In this document: piece by piece, positions 56,116-64,000 of the stretch
How the letters are laid out: the number at the start of each line of letters is the position of its first letter
Numbering within the stretch: position 1 is the stretch's first letter
NCBI GenBank assembly: GCA_002773985.1
Contig: PEZW01000018.1
Location: forward strand, 34,240 to 98,239
Length of the DNA stretch: 64,000 nucleotides
Direction: 5' to 3'
Source of the DNA: Candidatus Berkelbacteria bacterium CG10_big_fil_rev_8_21_14_0_10_43_13
Lineage (GTDB): Bacteria; Patescibacteriota; UBA1384; XYA2-FULL-43-10; 1-14-0-10-43-13
Translations under genes and position numbers: made by a program
The notes under the pieces: model-generated
What the model saw: the letters and a program-made list of their open reading frames with translations, nothing else
Databases searched by the model: none
Told to the model about the DNA's origin: nothing

Positions 56116-57438
56116 ATGAGAATAAAAATTGAGAAGTTAATATATGAAGGCTGGGGCATCGGGCACGACGAAAATGGTCGCGCTGTTTTTGTCAAAAAAT
56201 CTGTTCCTGGCGACGTCTTGGATGTCAAAATAACCAAAGAAAAAAAGTCCTATACTGAAGCTGTGATTGAAAAAATAATCGAGCCATCAGAAAAAAGAAT
56301 TGATCCACCATGTCAATATTTTGATCTCTGTGGTGGCTGTGAACACCAAAATATTGCTTATCCTGATCAATTGAAATTTAAAGAAGAAATTTTTAGAGAA
56401 ACGCTGTCGCGGACAAAAATTGAGACAGAGATATTGCCAATCGTGCAAGCCTCTGAGCCATTCTTTTATCGCAACTCCATCCGTTTCTTTTTGGTCGAGC
56501 AAAAAAGCGGAAAGAAAATTTTCACTCGCCACAATTATCTCTACACTGATGGCTTAGTCGAAGCAGAAAGCTGTTTGCTCCAATCAGTAAAATCAAACCT
56601 GATTTTGTCTCTGATTTTAGAAGTCGTCAATTCTGATCGCAACAAATCTCTATCCGGTTTTTATCAGGTCAAGATCCGTGAAGGTAAATTTACTGATGAA
56701 TTTATGGTCGAGCTGATGACTGATGACAATAAGTTGCCATTTGAGCTGGAACTAAAAACCGCCCTCAATCAAATTCCGGAGATTAAGTCCCTCTATCACA
56801 CAGTCACTCCACAGAGGCAACTGAGGAATATTCGACGACGCTTACTTCATGGCTCACCAATAATAAGCGAAAAGATTGATAAATATAAATTTCAGATTTC
56901 GCCAGATTCTTTTTTTCAGACCAATTCACTCGGAGTTAAGGCTTTATATGACAAGATCAAGGAATTCGCACAGATCGAAATGGGGGACACTGCTCTTGAT
57001 CTTTTCTGCGGTACTGGCACGATCGGTATTTATCTCTCGACACTGGCCAAGGAAGTTGTCGGCGTCGAAGTCGTCCAAAGTGCCGTCAATGACGCCAAAG
57101 TCAATGCTAGAATAAATAATATTTATAATTGTGAATTTATCCACGCCGATGTAAATATGTGGCTTAGAAATGAAAAAATTGAAAAATATGAAAATATAAA
57201 AATTATCCTCGATCCGCCTCGCGCTGGGCTAAACAAAGAATTGATCAAAAAACTTTCTAACTTTTTGTCCTTGAAAAACTTTACAAACTTAATTTATGTT
57301 TCCTGCAACCCTGCGACTTTTGCCCGCGACATCAATGAATTTGAATTACATGGACTAAAATTAAAAAAAGTCCAGCCACTGGACATGTTTCCGCAAACCC
57401 ATCACCTCGAATGTGTCGGATTATTGCAAAAGATCTAA
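56116..57438 (+). CDS. rlmD: 23S rRNA (uracil-1939-C5) methyltransferase
   Basis: TRAM domain, C...CGGC, SFFQTN, DPPRAG, YVSCNPAT, DMFPQTHHLE. Confidence 0.93.
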   Translation: MRIKIEKLIYEGWGIGHDENGRAVFVKKSVPGDVLDVKITKEKKSYTEAVIEKIIEPSEKRIDPPCQYFDLCGGCEHQNIAYPDQLKFKEEIFRETLSRTKIETEILPIVQASEPFFYRNSIRFFLVEQKSGKKIFTRHNYLYTDGLVEAESCLLQSVKSNLILSLILEVVNSDRNKSLSGFYQVKIREGKFTDEFMVELMTDDNKLPFELELKTALNQIPEIKSLYHTVTPQRQLRNIRRRLLHGSPIISEKIDKYKFQISPDSFFQTNSLGVKALYDKIKEFAQIEMGDTALDLFCGTGTIGIYLSTLAKEVVGVEVVQSAVNDAKVNARINNIYNCEFIHADVNMWLRNEKIEKYENIKIILDPPRAGLNKELIKKLSNFLSLKNFTNLIYVSCNPATFARDINEFELHGLKLKKVQPLDMFPQTHHLECVGLLQKI

Positions 57439-57496
57439 TCAGTGCAAACGAGCCGCTCGAGATTTTGGTAAACCAGGAGCGGCTCCGAAAAGGGGA

Positions 57497-57631
57497 GGTG
57501 AGGTGGCCTGTCTCTAGGAGCGCCAATGCGATGCCTGTGTGACATTCTAGACTACTGCTCGTCACAGCAGCCGAGAATGTGGCCAACCACACAGGCACTA
57601 TCCGTGTCGGGATTGTCGCACCACCTCACCT
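57497..57631 (-). ncRNA. Putative structured ncRNA (rod-like with central bubble; 6S-like topology)
   Basis: Nested stems aggtgaggtgg/ccacctcacct, tgcctgtgtg/cacacaggca, acattct/agaatgt, ctgct/agcag; TTGACA and TATAAT boxes directly upstream on the minus strand. Confidence 0.65.
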
Positions 57632-57860
57632 GTGATTATATTAGCGTTTTTCAATTTTTTGTCAATCTTATTAAAAGTTTTCCACAGGCCTTTGTTTGAC
57701 TTTTGTTTGGGTTATGTTCGATAATGTATAAGTAAACAGACCGAACACAATCGGATTTCAATTCTACCGACACTAAATATTAATCCGCATTTGTATGTTT
57801 GTATTAGATTTGTCCCCCAAAGGGGGATCTCCCCTTGGGATGATAATTTGTAGATATCTT

Positions 57861-58466
57861 ATGGAAACACTGACAAAAAAACAAAAAGAAATCCTAGAAT
57901 ATATCCGTCAATTCATTGACGAAAACGGCTACGCGCCGAGCTATCGCGAGATTGCTGCTTATTTTGAATTATCATCGACCGGAACCATCGCTGAATACGT
58001 TTCTATATTAGAAGATAAGGGCTATCTGACAAAGGAAGCGACCGAAGCTCGTGCGATCCAGTTGACACCGGCTTATGATGACGGCGTCGAGTTGCACTCG
58101 ATACAACTCCTTGGAATTATCGACGCCGGCCGGCCGATCGAAGCCATCAGGACAAACGAAACAATAGACATACCTCGTGATATGCTGGGGCGACATACTT
58201 TTGCCCTCAAGGTTCGTGGCGAATCAATGATTGATGACGGCATTTTGGAGGGGGACTATGTCATCATTGAACAGACATCTTTGCCAAAAAACGGCGAGAT
58301 CGTCGTCGCCTTGATCGATAATTCGAACGCCACACTAAAACGCTACTATAGTGAAAAAAATAGTGTTCGTCTCCAGCCGGCCAACAAGACGATGAAGCCA
58401 ATGCTATTCAAAAAAAATCGTGTCACCATCCAGGGTCGTGTTAAAGGCGTCATCCGCAAGTTCTAA
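57861..58466 (+). CDS. lexA: SOS repressor LexA
   Basis: LTKKQKEIL..I...GYAPS.REIA, AG.P, GESM, ATLKR. Confidence 0.95.
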   Translation: METLTKKQKEILEYIRQFIDENGYAPSYREIAAYFELSSTGTIAEYVSILEDKGYLTKEATEARAIQLTPAYDDGVELHSIQLLGIIDAGRPIEAIRTNETIDIPRDMLGRHTFALKVRGESMIDDGILEGDYVIIEQTSLPKNGEIVVALIDNSNATLKRYYSEKNSVRLQPANKTMKPMLFKKNRVTIQGRVKGVIRKF

Positions 58467-58572
58467 ATATTTTTTTCAATTCAAAATCATTTACACAAAA
58501 GTTCTTTTGGTAAAAATAGACAACAAATTTCGTTGTGCTATAATTTAGATGTATATTTTCCGAAGGAGGGAA

Positions 58573-59316
58573 ATGGGGATATCAGACGACATTTCGCCAC
58601 GACGAAATCATCACTCGACACACGCTATACCGAAGCCTGAAATAAAACTTCCGGTTGCTTCTGATGATGATTTAAAACCAGAAAAAACCCACAAGACTGT
58701 AGAGCCGAAGAAGAAGACGGAAACAGATGGAGATTTGTTTACACCAAACAATGAAAGTGACTTTTTTCCGCCAAGCAAGAAGGCCAAAGAGCCAATAAAA
58801 ATTTCAGCCGCAAAAACACCCACCAAAGAGAAAAACTCAGAGACTGATCAGCGAAAGACTGTTTTTTCTTGGCGGCAGGCATTTCGCAATATTATAGCTA
58901 TTGTCATCATTGTGTTGCTGACGATATTGATTTATAGCAATATCGACTCAATTAAGAATTTTGTTTCCGACGGTGACACAACAAAGAAATCTGGCGATGC
59001 AAACGCAGTAACTGTTGTGGAAACACCGGCGGCTCCTGACAAGACAACCACTACTATTCAAGTCTTGAACGGTAGTGGAGTCAACAATATCGCAGCCACT
59101 TATAAGACAATTCTCAGCCAGGCAGGGTACAATGTTGCAGCGATTGGAAACGCCTCGCGCTATGATTACTGGAGCACTTATGTTTATTACAAAACCGGAT
59201 ATGATACCATCGCTTCAGATATTAAAACCGTCCTGAAGCGAAAATCGACACTGTTAAAAAATGACGACACGATGACAAAAAATTATGACATTGTCATAAT
59301 CATGGGAAGCCACTAA
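58573..59316 (+). CDS. Membrane protein with LytR C-terminal domain
   Basis: Disordered N-terminus, TM helix, IQVLNGSG...GNA...DIVIIMG. Confidence 0.8.
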   Translation: MGISDDISPRRNHHSTHAIPKPEIKLPVASDDDLKPEKTHKTVEPKKKTETDGDLFTPNNESDFFPPSKKAKEPIKISAAKTPTKEKNSETDQRKTVFSWRQAFRNIIAIVIIVLLTILIYSNIDSIKNFVSDGDTTKKSGDANAVTVVETPAAPDKTTTTIQVLNGSGVNNIAATYKTILSQAGYNVAAIGNASRYDYWSTYVYYKTGYDTIASDIKTVLKRKSTLLKNDDTMTKNYDIVIIMGSH

Positions 59317-59475
59317 ATCTTTCGCGACACCTGACTACCACAAATACATTTCTGGTTTGTTTGTGTTTAGATACTGAAAGTGGTGACGAATTTCTAATTT
59401 CTAATTTCCCCCAAAGGGGAGTCTTTGACTTAATTTCTAAACAAATTTTAAGGTTAAATTCCTAAATTTCACATT

Positions 59476-59736
59476 ATGGATCTGCTAATTTCAATATTTA
59501 GTTTCTACGACAAAACCCTCTCCGGACTGCCAGCAAATGCCCAGTTTTTTATCGCTTTATTGCTAATCGCCTTGATTTGCTGGTCTTTTTATTCTATTTT
59601 TGCTCATGGGCACTGGATTTTTATCATTATTTTTGTCATTCTATTCCCAGGTGCCTGGCCAGCCCTAAAATCAATCGGCGTTATTACTTGGGCAGCTCTT
59701 AAGTTTCTAATCGTCAGAATCCGCATCAATATATAA
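59476..59736 (+). CDS. Small hydrophobic membrane protein
   Basis: 86 aa, mostly hydrophobic, fills the intergenic gap. Confidence 0.6.
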   Translation: MDLLISIFSFYDKTLSGLPANAQFFIALLLIALICWSFYSIFAHGHWIFIIIFVILFPGAWPALKSIGVITWAALKFLIVRIRINI

Positions 59737-59739
59737 ATA

Positions 59740-59840
59740 TTACCACTGTTGTGTAATTCGGATCGAAGTGTCATTCTGAGGTAACGAAGAACCTCTCTAG
59801 ATCCTTCGCTTCCAAACTACATCGGCTCAGGATGACAATT
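59740..59840. repeat. ~100-bp palindromic element, inverted copy at 63619-63718
   Basis: tgtcattctgag...ctcaggatgaca core; only a few differences from the second copy. Confidence 0.88.
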
Positions 59841-59969
59841 AGACAGCTCATGTAAATTTTATAAATTTTCTGGTTGCAAAAAAACAATGTCTTTGTCCTA
59901 CAGTGTGCCACCCAACATAAATAAGTGATCAATTTGTGTCAACTTTAATAACCAACCGAAAGGGTATAT

Positions 59970-61220
59970 ATGAGCGAGACAAATGCATTTGACAATGCGA
60001 TTGCCCAGATCGAAAATGCTTCGGGTTGTTGCAGTAATAGTGACAAAAAATTAATTGAGATATTGAAATTTCCCCAGAAAATTATTGAGGTTTCGATTCC
60101 TCTCCGGATGGACAATGGCAGTATCCGTGTTTTTACTGGATTTAGAGTTCAACACAATAACGCTAGGGGACCATACAAGGGTGGGGTGCGCTTTCATCCC
60201 GGAGTTACTCTTGATGAAGTCAAGGCACTTTCACTCTGGATGTCGATGAAATGTGCCGTTGTCAATATTCCTTACGGTGGTGCAAAAGGCGGAATCATCG
60301 TCGACCCCAAAAAATTAACCGGGCATGAGCTAGAGCACCTGACACGAGGTTATGTCGATAAAGTTTTTGACTTCATCGGTCCGATAAAAGATGTGCCGGC
60401 ACCTGACGTTAATACAAATGCCCAAACGATGGCTTGGATTATGGACGAGTATTCACTTCTCAGCCGAGAACACTCACCAGCTGTAGTCACTGGTAAACCT
60501 GTCGCAAATGAGGGCTCGCTTGGTCGTGACACGGCAACAGCAATGGGAGGAAAACACGTTTTACTTGAATATTTGAAAGCAAAAGGCGTTAACCCAAAAA
60601 CCATGACCGTCGCAGTCCAAGGTTTTGGTAACGCGGGTTACAATATCGCCAAATTGCTTCATGACGAAGGTATGTCTATCGTCGCAATCGCCGATTCCAA
60701 GGGGACTGTGTATAACGAAAGCGGCATCGACCCGATGCGGGCACTTAAGTACAAAGAAAAGCATGGCAGTATCAAAAATTTACCTGACAGTGTCGAAATA
60801 AAATCAGAAGAAATATTTGGGCTAGATTGTGATGTTCTCATCCCAGCTGCACTTGAAAACGCTATCGATCACAAAATCGCCAAAACAGTCAAAGCTAAAA
60901 TAATTTTAGAACTAGCAAACGGCCCGATCACTCCTGAGGCTGATATTATTTTGAAGGAAAAAAATATTACGGTAATTCCTGATATCTTGGCAAACTCTGG
61001 TGGTGTCACCGTCAGTTATTTTGAATGGGTTCAGAACCTTTCTCGAGATTATTGGACACTTGAAACAGTAGAAAACAAGCTTCGCGAGATTATGGTAAAT
61101 GCATTTACTGATATATATAATTTTGCCAATCGCAAGAAGGCCACGATGCGCTCTGCAGCATTTGCTTTAGCGATGAATAGGATTATTGAAGCAACTAAAA
61201 ACAGAGGAATATTGTCATGA
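59970..61220 (+). CDS. gdhA: Glu/Leu/Phe/Val dehydrogenase (glutamate dehydrogenase-like)
   Basis: [49 protein letters not shown]. Confidence 0.93.
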   Translation: MSETNAFDNAIAQIENASGCCSNSDKKLIEILKFPQKIIEVSIPLRMDNGSIRVFTGFRVQHNNARGPYKGGVRFHPGVTLDEVKALSLWMSMKCAVVNIPYGGAKGGIIVDPKKLTGHELEHLTRGYVDKVFDFIGPIKDVPAPDVNTNAQTMAWIMDEYSLLSREHSPAVVTGKPVANEGSLGRDTATAMGGKHVLLEYLKAKGVNPKTMTVAVQGFGNAGYNIAKLLHDEGMSIVAIADSKGTVYNESGIDPMRALKYKEKHGSIKNLPDSVEIKSEEIFGLDCDVLIPAALENAIDHKIAKTVKAKIILELANGPITPEADIILKEKNITVIPDILANSGGVTVSYFEWVQNLSRDYWTLETVENKLREIMVNAFTDIYNFANRKKATMRSAAFALAMNRIIEATKNRGILS

Positions 61221-62155
61221 CAGAAACCAAAAAGTATGATGTTGTCATAATCGGTGGTGGACCGGCTGGATTAACTGCTGGAATTTATGCTGGACGTCGG
61301 GCGCTGAAGACGTTGGTTGCAACAAAAGATATTGGTGGTCAAATCGCTCAAACAAGCGAAGTTGAAAATTACCCTGGTTTCGAATTGATTTCAGGTTTTG
61401 ATCTAGCCAAGAAATTTTTCAATCAAGCTAAAAAGTTTGGTGCCGAGATTAAATTTGATGAAGCCAAAAAGATTACAAAATCAAAAGATGGTTTCAAGAT
61501 CAAATTTACTCGCGAAACAGTCGAAGCCAAAACCATTATTCTGGCTTTCGGTAAGAAACCGCGAGAACTTGGTGTCCCCGGAGAAGAAAGGCTTAGAGGC
61601 GCCGGAGTTTCGTATTGTGCCACCTGCGACGCACCATTTTTCAAAGGAAAAATACTGACAATAGTTGGTGGTGGTAACACCGCCTTGGAGTCATCGATAT
61701 TTTCCGCCGCTATCGCCAAAAAAGTTTATCTTATATATCGTGGCTCTGAATTTCGTGGCGAAAAGATTCTGCAAGAAAAAGTAAAGAAAATTCCAAATGT
61801 TGAGATAATGTTTAGCGAAGAAGTGACAGAAGTTTTTGGCAAAGACACTGTCGACTCGATCTCTCTTAAATCGGGCAAAAAGCTCAAAACTGATGGCATA
61901 ATTGTCGAAATCGGCTTTGTAGTTGATCGGACACTGGCCGAGGGATTTGTTGAGATGGACGAAAAAAATCAGATTGTTATCAATCCACTTCAAGAAACCT
62001 CAGTTCCTGGAATTTTTGCTGCTGGCGATCTGACGCAGACAGCAGCCAAACAAGTTGTCATCGCTGCTGGAGAAGGTGCAAAAGCAGCCCTGTCCTGCTT
62101 CGACTATCTTCAGCGAATTGACGGCAAACGTGGCATTTTAGCCGACTGGCATTAA
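61217..62155 (+). CDS. trxB: Thioredoxin reductase
   Basis: [26 protein letters not shown]. Confidence 0.92.
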   Translation: MTETKKYDVVIIGGGPAGLTAGIYAGRRALKTLVATKDIGGQIAQTSEVENYPGFELISGFDLAKKFFNQAKKFGAEIKFDEAKKITKSKDGFKIKFTRETVEAKTIILAFGKKPRELGVPGEERLRGAGVSYCATCDAPFFKGKILTIVGGGNTALESSIFSAAIAKKVYLIYRGSEFRGEKILQEKVKKIPNVEIMFSEEVTEVFGKDTVDSISLKSGKKLKTDGIIVEIGFVVDRTLAEGFVEMDEKNQIVINPLQETSVPGIFAAGDLTQTAAKQVVIAAGEGAKAALSCFDYLQRIDGKRGILADWH

Positions 62156-62278
62156 TGTTTCAAAGTAAGACTGGGCCATTTTGCAGTCGCAAAACGGAGT
62201 TGCTTTATTATTCTTTTCGAATTCGTTATAATATTCTTATACGAATTGTTTTTACGATATTTCAAATAAGGAGGGTAA

Positions 62279-63595
62279 GTGGCTGCAATTAAAGAAATCC
62301 GCGCTAGTGAAATTTTAGATTCTAGAGGAAATCCCACAGTTTCTTGCGAAATTTTACTTGATGACGCGACATACGCTGTCGGATATGTCCCTTCAGGCGC
62401 TTCCGCTGGCAAATATGAGGCTATTGAGCTAAGAGATGGGGACAAGAAACGTTTCAACGGCAAAGGCGTTCTCAAGGCCGTCAACAACGTAAACACCTCT
62501 ATCAGAAGTGCTCTTATCGGTATGGATGTGGCCAATATCTCTCAAGTTGATCAGAAAATGATTGCTCTCGACGGTACCACAAATAAAGCCACCTTGGGCG
62601 CAAACGCGATATTGTCTGTATCCTTTTCTGTCGCTAAAGCCGCCGCCAAAAGTAGTAGGATGCAGTTGCACCAATATCTTGCCGCATTGATGGGTAAACG
62701 GACAGACAAGTTAATTCTTCCAATCCCATTTTTTAATATTTTAAACGGTGGTAAACACGCTGTTGGTTCGACAGATTTTCAGGAGTATATGATTGTTCCG
62801 ATCAAATTTCCCTCATTTCGCGAGGCTTATCGGGCGGCTACTGAGATTAATCACGCCTTGGGCAAAATACTCGAAGAAAGAAATTATCAGCCACTTGTTG
62901 GAGACGAGGGAGGCTATGCTCCATCACTTTTTTCAAACGAACAAGCCATGGAGCTTTTGATGATGGCGATTGCCGAAGCTGATTATCGGGCTGGAGAAAA
63001 TATCTTTATCGCCCTTGACCCTGCGGCTAGTCGGATTTATTCTGAAGAAAACTTTTATGAACTTCACCGAGAAAATAAATCACTCACCAGTGACGAACTG
63101 ATTAATTTTTACGAGGCTTGGATAGAAAAATATCCGATTATTTCCATCGAGGATCCACTGGCTGAAGGTGATTGGGATGCTTGGCGTGATATGACCCAGC
63201 GCGTCGGAGATAAAATCGAGATAATAGGTGACGACATTTATGTTACAAATACCGAATTGTTGAAGAAGGGGATTGAGCAAAAAGCCTCGACTGGCATCCT
63301 TGTTAAGCCGAATCAGATCGGAACTGTGACTGAAACTCTCCAGACTGTGAAAATGGCTGAAGACTCAGGCTTCAAAGTGATGATTTCTCACCGCTCCGGT
63401 GAAACAGAGGATACCTTTATCTCTGACCTGGCCGTCGCGACTGGATGTGGTACGATCAAATCTGGTGCTCCTTGTCGCTCGGAGAGAACATCAAAGTACA
63501 ATCGTCTCTGTGAGATAGAGGACAAAAATCAGGGGAACGCTTCTCTCGCGACATGGTCTATGTCAGACGATGTGGTTGTCACACCTCAACTGTAA
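62279..63595 (+). CDS. eno: Enolase
   Basis: ILDSRGNPT, PSGASAG, GDEGG, SHRSGETED, KYNRL. Confidence 0.97.
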   Translation: MAAIKEIRASEILDSRGNPTVSCEILLDDATYAVGYVPSGASAGKYEAIELRDGDKKRFNGKGVLKAVNNVNTSIRSALIGMDVANISQVDQKMIALDGTTNKATLGANAILSVSFSVAKAAAKSSRMQLHQYLAALMGKRTDKLILPIPFFNILNGGKHAVGSTDFQEYMIVPIKFPSFREAYRAATEINHALGKILEERNYQPLVGDEGGYAPSLFSNEQAMELLMMAIAEADYRAGENIFIALDPAASRIYSEENFYELHRENKSLTSDELINFYEAWIEKYPIISIEDPLAEGDWDAWRDMTQRVGDKIEIIGDDIYVTNTELLKKGIEQKASTGILVKPNQIGTVTETLQTVKMAEDSGFKVMISHRSGETEDTFISDLAVATGCGTIKSGAPCRSERTSKYNRLCEIEDKNQGNASLATWSMSDDVVVTPQL

Positions 63596-63603
63596 ATAAA
63601 ATA

Positions 63604-63718
63604 ATACTGGTGTTGCACAATTGTCATCCTGAGCCGATGTAGTTTGGAGGCGAAGGATCTCAGAGATTCTTCGTTACCTCAGAATGACACTTCGATCAGA
63701 ATTACACAACAATGGTAA
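63604..63718. repeat. Palindromic element, inverted copy of 59740-59840
   Basis: tactggtgttgcacaa...ttacacaacaatggta shell with TGTCAT...ATGACA core. Confidence 0.88.
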
Positions 63719-63725
63719 ATAATAT

Positions 63726-63759
63726 AAAAAATCCCGCCATTTCTCAGGCGGGATTTTTT
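63726..63759. terminator. Bidirectional intrinsic terminator
   Basis: aaaaaatcccgcc...ggcgggattttt between convergent genes. Confidence 0.8.
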
Positions 63760-64000
63760 ATATTTCTAGACCGTAACTTCGTGCTAAATTCTTAATTTTA
63801 TTTAGATAAGAAATTGAACGATTATACTTCAAAATGGCGTTATCTTTATCAGCCTGATAATTGCAATCACTCAAAAGTTTTGCAGCTGAATATATTGCAT
63901 CAGAAACATTGTGGACATTTTTCACCCCGTCACCATCACCATCAACAGCGTGCCCACGAAACGTTGAGGGCATAAACTGCATCGGGCCGGTCGCACCGGA
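63758..64000 (-). CDS. Lytic transglycosylase (SLT-like) C-terminus, truncated by window
   Basis: SGATGPMQFMPSTF...DGDGDG...DAIYSAAK.L...AI..YN. Confidence 0.85.
   Translation of the reverse strand, partial: SGATGPMQFMPSTFRGHAVDGDGDGVKNVHNVSDAIYSAAKLLSDCNYQADKDNAILKYNRSISYLNKIKNLARSYGLEI

Noticed and set aside
57332-57598. 88-aa minus-strand ORF
   Set aside because: Overlaps the rlmD 3' end and the structured RNA candidate; no RBS or motif.
57497-57631. 5S rRNA, from the atcccgacacgga similarity to loop C
   Set aside because: The remaining sequence and helix layout do not match 5S rRNA.
2748-61082. Avoidance of AAGCTT as evidence for long-term HindIII-like restriction
   Set aside because: Numerous AAGCTT sites were seen by eye across the window, so no obvious depletion; a formal count was not possible.

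Overview
A 64-kb chromosomal window from a small-genome bacterium. Gene content and style suggest Patescibacteria/CPR; this is inference, not a database result. Housekeeping genes include rnc, nusB, rpmF, leuS, rarA, murA, mreB, nusA, clpC, hisS, rlmD, lexA, trxB and eno. A fermentative block (two iPGM copies, ADP-forming acyl-CoA ligase, 2-oxoacid:ferredoxin oxidoreductase) co-occurs with a liv-type transporter and a Glu dehydrogenase. There is also a 1670-aa FN3-rich surface protein with an ABC exporter, and a tRNA-Ala-adjacent HindIII-like R-M island whose methyltransferase is fused to LexA. The most unusual signals lie between and inside genes. (1) Both intact tRNA genes (Ala-GGC, Leu-CAA) are nested inside the split remains of an older tRNA for the same amino acid; the Leu locus also carries a minimal GIY-YIG nuclease and three 20-bp palindromes. 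(2) Several families of short palindromic elements and 7-9-mer tracts nest inside each other, insert in frame into essential proteins and mark duplicated gene starts. (3) A solitary PaaX/Cas2-like gene is bracketed by two 42-48-bp palindromes. (4) An unannotated ~135-nt structured RNA candidate lies divergent from lexA. All alignments and folds were done by eye.
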